Shown: one piece after another, positions 55,434 to 62,863 of the stretch
How the letters are laid out: each line of letters begins with the position of its first letter
How positions within the stretch are numbered: position 1 is the stretch's first letter
Assembly: GCA_019510095.1 (NCBI GenBank)
Contig: JAEKLB010000022.1
Span: forward strand, 1-62,863
Direction: 5' to 3'
Length of the DNA: 62,863 nucleotides
Origin: Acidobacteriota bacterium
Lineage (GTDB): Bacteria; Actinomycetota; Acidimicrobiia; Acidimicrobiales; CADCSY01
Program-made: the position numbers and the translations under genes
The notes under the pieces: model-generated
The model's input: the letters and a program-made list of their open reading frames with translations, nothing else
Databases searched by the model: none
Told to the model about the DNA's origin: nothing

Positions 55434-56519
55434 GTGGGCAGCGTGCAGGTCCCGGCCGATGACGCACTGCTGATCGCACGCGGCACCGCCTCGGCGGTCG
55501 ATCCGGGGGGCGGGCTGGCGGCCGCCCAGATGAGCCTGCTCGGGGCGGTCCACGCCGCCCTGATGGGGGCCGAGATCGACTTCTCGAGCCTCGACCCGCT
55601 CGGCCCCGATGAGCTGGCTGATGCGCTCGCCACGAGGTCAGACGCGTTCCGGCACCGGGTCGTGCACCACATGGTGCTCGGTGAGCTGATCCTCCGGCCG
55701 ATCCCGCCCCACGTCGCCCGCCGGGTGGCCGACTATGCCAAGGCGCTCGGGATCGAGGACCAGTTCGTTCGCATCGCCCGGCGCTACGCCCAGGGGGCGT
55801 TCGGCCTGGCCTGGCTCGACCTCCACCGAAGTGGCTTCGCCGAGCATTGGGAGCGGGCACGCATGGACCAGCTGAAGACCAACGTCAAGCTCGAGCACCA
55901 GCTCGCCGCGGGCGTCGAGGACGCTGTTCTTGCCGAGCGATGGATCAGCTTCGCCGACCTCGCACCCGGCACCCTCGGTCGCGGGGTCTGGGACATGTAC
56001 CGGAGTCGGGGCTTCGGTCTCCCGGGATCGATCGGTGGCGCGTCGGCCTATCTCGCCCAGCACGACTTCGTGCACGTGCTGGCCGACTACGGCACCAACC
56101 TCAACGGCGAGCTCGAGGTGTTCGCCCTCATCGGCCGGGCCGATCCCGACCCGAAGGGCTTCGCCTGGCTGGTGACCCTCATCGGGTTGTTCGAGACCGG
56201 TTACGTGGCCGACGCCGGCTTCTTCTCGGGCGATGTCCGCGAGCGGCACCTCGACAGCCCCGAGATGCACGCTCGCCTTGCCGATGCCATGCGGCGGGGC
56301 CAGGACGTGTGTGACCGGCTGGGCGTCGATCTTCTCGATGTCGACTACCACGACTTCGTCGGCCGCCCGATATCGGAGGTCCGCGCCGAGCTGTCGATCG
56401 ACCCCAAGGGTGATCGGGCGGTATCGGCTGGCTCTGCCGGCGCGTTCGACCTTGCCGGCATGTCGCGGATCCAGCAGGAATACGCAGCATCGATCGATGG
56501 AGAGGTGGTTCAGCGATGA
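55434..56519 (+). CDS. Coq4-like protein (HDxxH-x11-E metal motif) with a helical N-terminal domain
   Basis: LAPGTLGR, F-x-LPG, HDFVHVLADYGTNLNGE fits HDxxH-x11-E exactly. Confidence 0.65.
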   Translation: MGSVQVPADDALLIARGTASAVDPGGGLAAAQMSLLGAVHAALMGAEIDFSSLDPLGPDELADALATRSDAFRHRVVHHMVLGELILRPIPPHVARRVADYAKALGIEDQFVRIARRYAQGAFGLAWLDLHRSGFAEHWERARMDQLKTNVKLEHQLAAGVEDAVLAERWISFADLAPGTLGRGVWDMYRSRGFGLPGSIGGASAYLAQHDFVHVLADYGTNLNGELEVFALIGRADPDPKGFAWLVTLIGLFETGYVADAGFFSGDVRERHLDSPEMHARLADAMRRGQDVCDRLGVDLLDVDYHDFVGRPISEVRAELSIDPKGDRAVSAGSAGAFDLAGMSRIQQEYAASIDGEVVQR

Positions 56520-56860
56520 GGTTCGCGCAGGGGATCAGGGTGCGGTGCGGCGACCCCGAGGCGCTGCAGCGGCTGCTGGCCGAGTGGGACGGCGGCCAGG
56601 CCACCACCGACGTCATGGGCTACATCGGCACTCGCTTGCTTGCCGATCGTGACGAGCCTGGGAGCTACCTGATCCTCGCCGAGTTCGCCGAGGTCGACGG
56701 CGATCTCACACCGGCCGAGGAAGCCGAGCGCAACAACCAGCGAGAGGAGACCGAGCGCTGGGCCCAGAAGCTGCGCTCGCTGGTCGACGGCGAGCCCGAT
56801 TGGATCCACTACGACGAGCTCTATCGCACCGGCATCACCGGAAATCTGCGCAGCGGCTGA
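56516..56860 (+). CDS. Hypothetical protein, possible dimeric alpha-beta barrel (ABM-like)
   Basis: ATGA overlap; beta-alpha-beta-beta pattern (GTRLLADRDEPGSYLILAEF). Confidence 0.65.
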   Translation: MRFAQGIRVRCGDPEALQRLLAEWDGGQATTDVMGYIGTRLLADRDEPGSYLILAEFAEVDGDLTPAEEAERNNQREETERWAQKLRSLVDGEPDWIHYDELYRTGITGNLRSG

Positions 56861-56871
56861 GAGGATCGCAG

Positions 56872-57498
56872 ATGCCCCAGGAGTATCACGAGCAGCAGCG
56901 AGCGCTCCAGGATCGCTTCGACACGCGCCGACTCGCCGACCGCCTCGCCGAGGGGATGAACGACCAGATCGGCGACGACCACGTCGCCTTCATCGAGTCA
57001 CGAGACATGTTCTTCCTCGCCACCGCCGACGAGCACGGGGTGCCGCAGTGCTCCTACAAGGGCGGCGAACCCGGCTTCGTGCGTGTCGTCGACGAGCGCA
57101 CGATCGCCTTTCCCGTCTATGACGGCAACGGCATGTTCCTGTCGATGGGCAACGTCGGGGTGAATCCCAACGTCGGCATCCTCTTCATCGACTTCGAGCG
57201 GGGCACCCGCCTGCGCTTCAACGGCGTCGCCTCCGTCGACGACGGCGACCCGCTGCTCGGTAGCTATCCCGGTGCGCAGCTCGTCGTGCGGGTGCGAGGG
57301 GATGCCGTGTTCGCCAACTGCCGGCGCTACGTCCACCACTACGAGCTGGTCGAGCGATCACCGTTCGTGCCCTCGGCGACGAACGACCCTCCCGTTCCCG
57401 ACTGGAAGCTCAGCCCGTGGTTGGAGGGCGCCCTGCCCGAGCACGATCCCGCGCGTGATCCCAACCATCCGACAGCGCCGTCGATCCCACAGTTCTGA
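56872..57498 (+). CDS. Pyridoxamine 5'-phosphate oxidase family flavin-binding protein
   Basis: FFLATAD, CSYKGGEPGFV, DGNGMFLSMGN, LFIDF, NCRRY. Confidence 0.9.
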   Translation: MPQEYHEQQRALQDRFDTRRLADRLAEGMNDQIGDDHVAFIESRDMFFLATADEHGVPQCSYKGGEPGFVRVVDERTIAFPVYDGNGMFLSMGNVGVNPNVGILFIDFERGTRLRFNGVASVDDGDPLLGSYPGAQLVVRVRGDAVFANCRRYVHHYELVERSPFVPSATNDPPVPDWKLSPWLEGALPEHDPARDPNHPTAPSIPQF

Positions 57499-57507
57499 GC
57501 CCGAGCG

Positions 57508-58140
57508 CTAGACGGGCAGGTCCACGCGAGAGCCATCGGCCAGGAAGCGTTCCGCCCGGACGACGGCGGCAGCATCCTCCAGCCCATCGACCACCGTCAC
57601 CTCGATCGGACGGCGATCGGGGAAGCGTGCGATGGGGAGGAAGGTCTTGACCGTCTTCTGGGGACCGCTGCGTCGAGCGAGTGCGCCGGCGTTCTGGCCG
57701 GCGAGCTCGATGCGGCCCTCGGCGGCCCGGAACAAGCGAAGGGGCGACAACCAGATCACCTCTTGGGCGCCGTCCTGCTCGACGTACTTCTTCAGGAGCT
57801 TCCGCATCGGGATCTCCTCGGTGAAGAAGTAGACCCGCCGGTTCAAGGTCTTGGTCCACTCGGCGATGTCGATCCCCTCGCCGAGCACCGAGGTCGGGTC
57901 CTTCTTGCCGTACAGCGAGCCCTGGTCGCGGAGGACGACCTCGTCCTCGCCGATCTTGAGCCGTACCGACTCCCGCCGGGGCGCCGACAGCAGCTCGAGC
58001 CGCTGCTGGTCGTCGACCGTGGCCGCTCCAATCAGCTGCTCCGCGGTACGAAAGCCCTCGCGGCTGATCCGCTCCCAGGCGCCGGCGGGTCCCACATGGC
58101 AGATGCGCTTGCAGTGGTGAAGAAACTGATCCGGAGTCAC
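57508..58140 (-). CDS. Hypothetical protein with DarT/ADP-ribosyltransferase-like motif spacing (DUF7002-like)
   Basis: ICHVGPAGAWERISREGFRT, LRDQ, LNRRVYFF, QNAG, EVTV. Family fit by eye only. Confidence 0.55.
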   Translation of the reverse strand: MTPDQFLHHCKRICHVGPAGAWERISREGFRTAEQLIGAATVDDQQRLELLSAPRRESVRLKIGEDEVVLRDQGSLYGKKDPTSVLGEGIDIAEWTKTLNRRVYFFTEEIPMRKLLKKYVEQDGAQEVIWLSPLRLFRAAEGRIELAGQNAGALARRSGPQKTVKTFLPIARFPDRRPIEVTVVDGLEDAAAVVRAERFLADGSRVDLPV

Positions 58141-58282
58141 ACATGAGGATCGCACGCCCGGGCCCCTCGTGGAGAACTGTCCTGGTCGGGGGCCGCGCGA
58201 AACTGGCCCGGTGGTGTGCCGACGATCCCGGGCGCGCGTGGACGAGATGCAACCGTCGACGGCCGCCCCGGAGTGATCTGAC

Positions 58283-58885
58283 ATGGCGCCGGAGCTCGAG
58301 AAGCTGCCGTTCGCGTCGGCCCCGGCGCTGCGGGCCTGGCTCGAGGCCAACCACGACACGTCACCCGGTATCTGGGTGATGATCGCCAAGAAGGGAAGCG
58401 GCGTCGACAGCGTCACCTACGACGAGGCCGTCGATGAAGGCCTGTGCTTCGGGTGGATCGACTCCCAGAAGGCCAGGCACGACGAGACGTACTTCCTGCA
58501 GCGCTTCACCCCTCGCACCAAGCGCAGCCCCTGGTCGAGGACCAACACCGAACGCGTCGGCCGACTCCTCAGGGCGAAGAGGATGCAACCTGCCGGAGCG
58601 CGTGAGGTCGCGGCGGCGAAGGCCGATGGGCGTTGGGAGGCCGCGTACGCCGGACAGGCCACTGCGGCCGTGCCCGACGATCTCCAGGAGGCGCTCGACG
58701 CGTCGCCGGCAGCCGCTGCACTTTTCGCCGAGCTCGATGGCAGGAACCGTTACGCCATCCTCTACCGCATCGCCTCGGTCAAGAAGGCTGAGACCAGGGC
58801 GAAGAAGATCGCAGGGTTCGTCGCCGATCTCGAGGTGGGCGTCACGCCCTACCCGCTCCGGCAGGAGGAGGGGTCGAATCCGTGA
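58283..58885 (+). CDS. YdeI/OmpD-associated family protein
   Basis: AVDEGLCFGWIDS, RFTPR..SPWS..N, VPDDL, VKKAETR. Confidence 0.92.
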   Translation: MAPELEKLPFASAPALRAWLEANHDTSPGIWVMIAKKGSGVDSVTYDEAVDEGLCFGWIDSQKARHDETYFLQRFTPRTKRSPWSRTNTERVGRLLRAKRMQPAGAREVAAAKADGRWEAAYAGQATAAVPDDLQEALDASPAAAALFAELDGRNRYAILYRIASVKKAETRAKKIAGFVADLEVGVTPYPLRQEEGSNP

Positions 58886-58942
58886 CGAGGTAGGAGCGCG
58901 CGCTGTGGCCGCCTACCGTCAGGCCCGTGACTTGGGCATCCC

Positions 58943-59158
58943 GTGCCGTCTGATCCGTGGGAGGAGGACGGCTTCCAGGTGCGCCGGGTGCAACCGTTCG
59001 AGGCGGTCAAGACGTACCAGTGCCCGGGTTGCTCCCAGGAGATCACCGCCGGAATCGGCCATCTGGTGGTCGTCCCGCCGGAGGCACCTGACCTGCGCCG
59101 CCACTGGCACAAGCCCTGCTGGGAGCACCGGAACCGCCGCCGCCCCGGCCGAGCCTGA
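58943..59158 (+). CDS. Small Cys/His-rich conserved actinobacterial-type protein (putative zinc binding)
   Basis: KTYQCPGCSQEI...GHLV...RRHWHKPCW. Confidence 0.75.
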   Translation: MPSDPWEEDGFQVRRVQPFEAVKTYQCPGCSQEITAGIGHLVVVPPEAPDLRRHWHKPCWEHRNRRRPGRA

Positions 59159-59234
59159 GCTCATGCCGGACGCGGGGTGGCACCGCGCACCACTCGGGTA
59201 GGTAGCTCGGGCTCGACTGATGGGAGGACGTCAC

Positions 59235-59774
59235 ATGGTTGTCGACCTGCTGGATCTCTACGAGCGTGCGAGTCAGTGGACGCAGTCGAAGGTGGCCGGA
59301 GCGACAGCTCAGATGGCCGCCAGGACACCGTGCGACGACTGGGACGTCCGCACGCTGCTCAACCACATGCTCGACACCCAGAACTACTTCACCAGCTCGG
59401 CCCGTGGCGAGCAGGCATCGCCCCCGTCGCCGATCCCGCCCGAGTTGCTGGGTGACGATCCCGCCGCCGACTTCGAGCAGGGGCGCCAGGACCTCATCAA
59501 GGCGTTCGGGGCTCCGGGTGTGATCGAGAAGACCGGACCGTCGCTCGGCATCGCCTTCAGCGACCAGCTGCTGCACGGCTGGGACCTCGCCCGGGCGACC
59601 GGCCAGGACGCGACCATGCCCAAGGGCCTTCCCGGGCCGGCGTTGGAGGCGATCCACGGGAAGTTCACCGAGGAGCAGCGGAAGGGCGTGTTCAAGCCCG
59701 AGATCAACGTGGACGCCAACGCGTCGGACCAGGACAAGCTGCTCGCCTACACCGGCCGCGACCCCACCACCTGA
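59235..59774 (+). CDS. TIGR03086-like metal-binding protein (MDMPI N-terminal superfamily)
   Basis: RTPCDDWDVRTLLNH, LLHGWDLARATGQ, LLAYTGRDP; GGAGG RBS. Confidence 0.9.
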   Translation: MVVDLLDLYERASQWTQSKVAGATAQMAARTPCDDWDVRTLLNHMLDTQNYFTSSARGEQASPPSPIPPELLGDDPAADFEQGRQDLIKAFGAPGVIEKTGPSLGIAFSDQLLHGWDLARATGQDATMPKGLPGPALEAIHGKFTEEQRKGVFKPEINVDANASDQDKLLAYTGRDPTT

Positions 59775-59822
59775 GGCAGTGAGCGGTCGCGGCCGTCATC
59801 GCACCATCATTCCCAGTGACCG

Positions 59823-60098
59823 TCAGTCGTCGACGAGTTGCTTCACGAGCGAGAAGAGGCGCTCGTTGGTGCGGAGTGCCGCACGGAGCCCACCGATGTC
59901 GTCGACGTCGACCATCATCGGCTGTCGCTGGAACCGCCCGTCGGGCCAGTACTGGCAGAACCGCAGCGACTGCCCGCCGGCCTCCCACTCGATGAGCTGG
60001 ATGACGGCCTCCTTGTACTGGTCGGGGGCCGACACCTCCTCGACGACGTGGCCCTTGCCCCACGGCATGGTCACTGGGCGGGGGAGTGGACGTGTCAT
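59823..60098 (-). CDS. Hypothetical protein (91 aa)
   Basis: MTRPLPR...LRFCQYWPDGRFQRQPMMV; protein-like; 25 nt downstream of the NUDIX gene. Confidence 0.6.
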   Translation of the reverse strand: MTRPLPRPVTMPWGKGHVVEEVSAPDQYKEAVIQLIEWEAGGQSLRFCQYWPDGRFQRQPMMVDVDDIGGLRAALRTNERLFSLVKQLVDD

Positions 60099-60123
60099 TC
60101 GCTCATGATGGCGTTCCGGGCGC

Positions 60124-60579
60124 TCACAGCCAGCCCAGCGCCTCGAAGGTCGCCCTGGCAAAGGGACCGAGATCGATGGTCGAGAGGTCCTCCGGTGCAA
60201 ACCAGCCGACCTCCAGGGTCTCGTCGCCGTCGGGCCGTTCGGCGCCGCTGACCTTCCGTGCCTCGTACACCACGGACACATACGCGGCCTGGTCACCGTT
60301 GGGGTAGGTGACCCGAAGGGTGGGCCCACCGAGGGCGGCGATCAGACTGGTGAGCTCGACGCGCAGACCGGTCTCCTCCTCTGTCTCCCGGATGGCGGCA
60401 TCCTCGGGGCTCTCGTCGATGTCGATGGCTCCGCCCACCAACCCCCACTTCCCGGAGTCGGCGTGTCGCACCAGCAGGAGCTGCCCCTCGTCATCCCGCG
60501 TCAGCACGCTGACAGCCGGTACCAGCAGCAGGTCGGTTCCCACCCGCTCGCGCAGCCGGCGCACATGATCCGGGATCAC
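60124..60579 (-). CDS. NUDIX hydrolase
   Basis: Nudix box GGAIDIDESPEDAAIRETEEETG. Confidence 0.92.
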   Translation of the reverse strand: MIPDHVRRLRERVGTDLLLVPAVSVLTRDDEGQLLLVRHADSGKWGLVGGAIDIDESPEDAAIRETEEETGLRVELTSLIAALGGPTLRVTYPNGDQAAYVSVVYEARKVSGAERPDGDETLEVGWFAPEDLSTIDLGPFARATFEALGWL

Positions 60580-60698
60580 GCTCCGGACGTTACGAGAGCC
60601 GAAAGGCCGTTCGGGCGCTCAGGTCTGGCGCCAGGGGCATCGAGCGGTCCGGCTGTCGGCGACGGTGGGACAGGCCTCCTGCATCCCCTGAGGGTTCC

Positions 60699-61289
60699 CT
60701 ACCGCTCATCGGCTCCGATCCAGCGTTCGGCAGCGCCGGGCTCGGACGCGGTGAGGACGCCGAGGGCTTCCTCGCTCGATCGGGCGAGCGGCAGAAGGGC
60801 GCGGTTCTCCGGCTTGAGGAGCCCGTGCGAGAGCATGAGATCGAGCTGCTCGGCGAGCGGCGCCCAGAACCCGGCGACGTCGAGGAGCACGGCGGGCTTG
60901 CGGTGGAGGCCCAGCTGCGACCATGTCACGACCTCGGCCAGCTCCTCGAGTGTGCCGAGACCGCCCGGCAGCGCCACGAACGCATCGGCCAGGTCGTACA
61001 TGAGCTCTTTGCGCGCGTGCATCGTCGCCACCTCGTGCAGCTGGGTGAGGCCACGGTGAGCGATCTCTCTGCTGAACAGGCCGACCGGGATCACGCCGGT
61101 CACTCGGCCGCCCGCGGCAATGGTCGCGTCGGCGATCTCGCCCATGAGACCGACGCTCCCGCCGCCGTAGACCAGCTCGATGCCGCGTTGGGCGAGGAGC
61201 TGGCCCAGGTCGCTCGCTGCCGTTCGATAGCGCTCGTCCGGTGGTGTCGATGAACCGCAGAACACGCACACGGCACGCAGGGTGACCAT
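60699..61289 (-). CDS. LOG family protein (TIGR00730; nucleotide phosphoribohydrolase)
   Basis: CVFCGSS, LVYGGG, MHARK, PGGLGTLEE. Confidence 0.93.
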   Translation of the reverse strand: MVTLRAVCVFCGSSTPPDERYRTAASDLGQLLAQRGIELVYGGGSVGLMGEIADATIAAGGRVTGVIPVGLFSREIAHRGLTQLHEVATMHARKELMYDLADAFVALPGGLGTLEELAEVVTWSQLGLHRKPAVLLDVAGFWAPLAEQLDLMLSHGLLKPENRALLPLARSSEEALGVLTASEPGAAERWIGADER

Positions 61290-61418
61290 CGTTCGACCGT
61301 AGGCCAGCCGAGCTGGACCAGGGCGACGGAGGTGGCAACGCCTGACCCACCGATGAGTTTGCAAGGCTGGCGGCGTCAGAGCATGTGGTAGCCGCCGTGC
61401 GAACAACAGGAGAGGCTC

Positions 61419-61892
61419 ATGCCCCGGATCACCCCCAACCTCTGGTTCGACACCCAGGCCCAGGACGCTGCTGAGTTCTACGTCTCGGTGTTCCCGAACT
61501 CGAAGATCAACGCCCTGACCCACTACGGCGAGGCCGGTCCCCGCGAAGCAGGCATGGTGCTGACCGTAGAGTTCGAGCTCGACGGTCAGCACTACACCGC
61601 GCTCAACGGTGGCCCGGAGTTCACCTTCGACGAGGCGATCTCGCTCCTCGTCGACTGCGCCGACCAGAGCGAGGTCGACTACTACTGGTCGAAGCTCTCC
61701 GAGGGTGGCGAGGAAGGGCCATGTGGTTGGCTCAAGGACCGCTTCGGCCTGTCGTGGCAGGTCTGCCCGGTCGGCATGGTCGAGATGCTGAACGACCCCG
61801 ACCAGGCGCGGGGGCAGCGGGCCATGAAGGCCATGCTCGGCATGAAGAAGATCGACCTGGCGGCCCTTCAGGCGGCCGCCGACGGCAAGTAG
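61419..61892 (+). CDS. VOC family protein, PhnB / 3-demethylubiquinone-9 3-methyltransferase-like
   Basis: ITPNLWF, ALNGGPEF, CGWLKDRFGLSWQ. Confidence 0.92.
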   Translation: MPRITPNLWFDTQAQDAAEFYVSVFPNSKINALTHYGEAGPREAGMVLTVEFELDGQHYTALNGGPEFTFDEAISLLVDCADQSEVDYYWSKLSEGGEEGPCGWLKDRFGLSWQVCPVGMVEMLNDPDQARGQRAMKAMLGMKKIDLAALQAAADGK

Positions 61893-61953
61893 CGCGGCAC
61901 ACCGCTGACCACCAGCCGCTCGGCGGGGGCAGCCACCTCGACCTAGGGTCGGC

Positions 61954-62095
61954 GTCAGCGCTCAGAACGACCTCAGCCTCCTGCGCCGGGACGCGCTCGA
62001 AGACGTGCTGCCGGCCTGTGAACGCCACGGCCTCGCCTTCCTGCCCTACTTCCCTCGATCGCCTGCTCGCCGAAGCGGGGCCATCTGCTTCGTGA
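61954..62095 (+). pseudogene. Aldo/keto reductase gene remnant
   Basis: Frame from 61954 reads VSAQNDLSLLRRDALEDVLPACERHGLAFLPYFP; a shifted frame then gives LDRLLAEAGPSAS-stop. No start or N-terminus. Confidence 0.6.
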
Positions 62096-62158
62096 AGGTC
62101 CAAGAACAGATGGCTGCCGCTGGCGGCCGGTCGGCCGGATGGTTGAGCCTCTAGGTTT

Positions 62159-62644
62159 GTGGCCGTGGATCTCTCCGAGTATCAGCACAGCGAGACCGTC
62201 ACCATCGCCCGACCGGCCGAGGAGCTCTACGACCTCGTTGCCGACGTGTCCCGCATGGGCGAGTGGAGCCCGGTGAACACCGGTGGCGAGTGGGAGGACG
62301 GGGAGCACTCGTGGTTCCGGGGTCGCAACCAGGTCGGCGACCGTGTGTGGGAGACACGGTGCCGCATCGACGTCGCCGAGCCGGGCAAGTCGTTCGCGTT
62401 CACCAACTGCGGAGCGGCCGGCGCCGTCGACATGGCCCAATGGGGCTACACCTTCACGCCCGTTGCCGACGGCACCGAGGTGACCGAGTGGTGGCGGCTG
62501 CTCCCGAGCTATGAGGGCGAGATGCTGCGCCGTGATCCCAACTCCGACATCCCGGAGATCTTCAAGGCGCGGTTGGTGGCGGCGCAGACGGGGATCGCCG
62601 AGACCTTGGCCAACCTGAAGCGAGCGGCCGAGGCCACCCGGTAG
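62159..62644 (+). CDS. SRPBCC (polyketide cyclase/dehydrase, START-like) family protein
   Basis: IARPAEELYDLVADVSRMGEWSP, FRGRN, WGYTF, TLANLKRAAE. Confidence 0.9.
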   Translation: MAVDLSEYQHSETVTIARPAEELYDLVADVSRMGEWSPVNTGGEWEDGEHSWFRGRNQVGDRVWETRCRIDVAEPGKSFAFTNCGAAGAVDMAQWGYTFTPVADGTEVTEWWRLLPSYEGEMLRRDPNSDIPEIFKARLVAAQTGIAETLANLKRAAEATR

Positions 62645-62645
62645 G

Positions 62646-62861
62646 TCAGCCCATGCGGGCGTGGATGGGCAGCCCCCAGCGAGCGGCGGTGAGCTGCTTG
62701 ATGCCCTGCGGAAACGCTTGCTTGGCGATGGCATGTGACTCGGCCAGCCCGCGCTGGGCCTTGGCGTGGCCGGCGAAGGCGTCGATGCACGCTTCCGGCT
62801 CGGCGTTGGCGAGCGCCAGGATTGCCCCGGCGCAGCCGAGCGGTCCGGCCAGGGAGAGGAT
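62646..62861 (-). CDS. C-terminal part of a gene entering from the right edge, probably dihydrodipicolinate synthase (class I aldolase) family
   Basis: Hand translation ILSLAGPLGCAGAILALANAEPEAC...FPQGIKQLTAARWGLPIHARMG-stop; GxI-x-A-x-AN pattern as in DapA-like proteins. Confidence 0.5.
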   Translation of the reverse strand: MLSLAGPLGCAGAILALANAEPEACIDAFAGHAKAQRGLAESHAIAKQAFPQGIKQLTAARWGLPIHARMG

Positions 62862-62863
62862 GG

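Noticed and set aside
61419-61892. Ubiquinone pathway implied by the '3-demethylubiquinone methyltransferase' family name together with the Coq4-like gene
   Set aside because: That label belongs to a PhnB-like VOC fold with no SAM-binding motif; the genes are 5 kb apart and no ubi genes are present.
1-62863. Prophage, IS element, integron, tRNA or rRNA
   Set aside because: No integrase, transposase, terminal inverted repeats, phage structural genes or cloverleaf/rRNA-like sequence were recognised by eye; tRNAscan-SE and Infernal would be needed to exclude small RNAs.

Overview
High-GC bacterial chromosomal segment with about 65 protein-coding genes. Gene content (F420-dependent LLM enzyme, TIGR03086-like and DUF72-like genes, fused Liv-type ABC transporter) suggests an actinobacterium, plausibly Acidimicrobiia (inference). 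No rRNA, tRNA, CRISPR array, integrase or transposase was recognised. Blocks: (1) 1-8533, general-stress-type genes (TPP enzyme, FAD/Fe-S oxidoreductase, enolase-superfamily enzyme, frameshifted phosphoribosyltransferase, small basic and acidic proteins); (2) 8754-16600, catabolic module (orphan family-5 binding protein, tandem CoA-transferase, TetR, VOC, P450, amidohydrolase); (3) 16926-26670, cellulose-synthase-like glycan cluster with a flippase/GT-C fusion, GH8 and GH5; (4) 26719-34137, aquaporin, F420 LLM enzyme, DUF72, VOC/AraC, two CDF-type transporters and a PAS-GGDEF-EAL protein; (5) 34107-42690, an unusual nitrogen locus with two Amt transporters, a cation:proton antiporter fused to a degenerate GlnD-like HD region plus two ACT domains, a stand-alone winged-helix protein, P-II and a minimal KdpD/KdpE-like two-component pair, with 11-bp-period repeats upstream of both amt genes; (6) 42727-62863, mixed transport and metabolic genes including an atypical ClC/MarR pair, a MaoC-MaoC-Coq4-like operon, a DarT-like orphan and an aldo-keto reductase remnant. 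The best candidate for an undescribed system is block 5, followed by block 3. All family assignments are from motifs read by eye; no database search was run.
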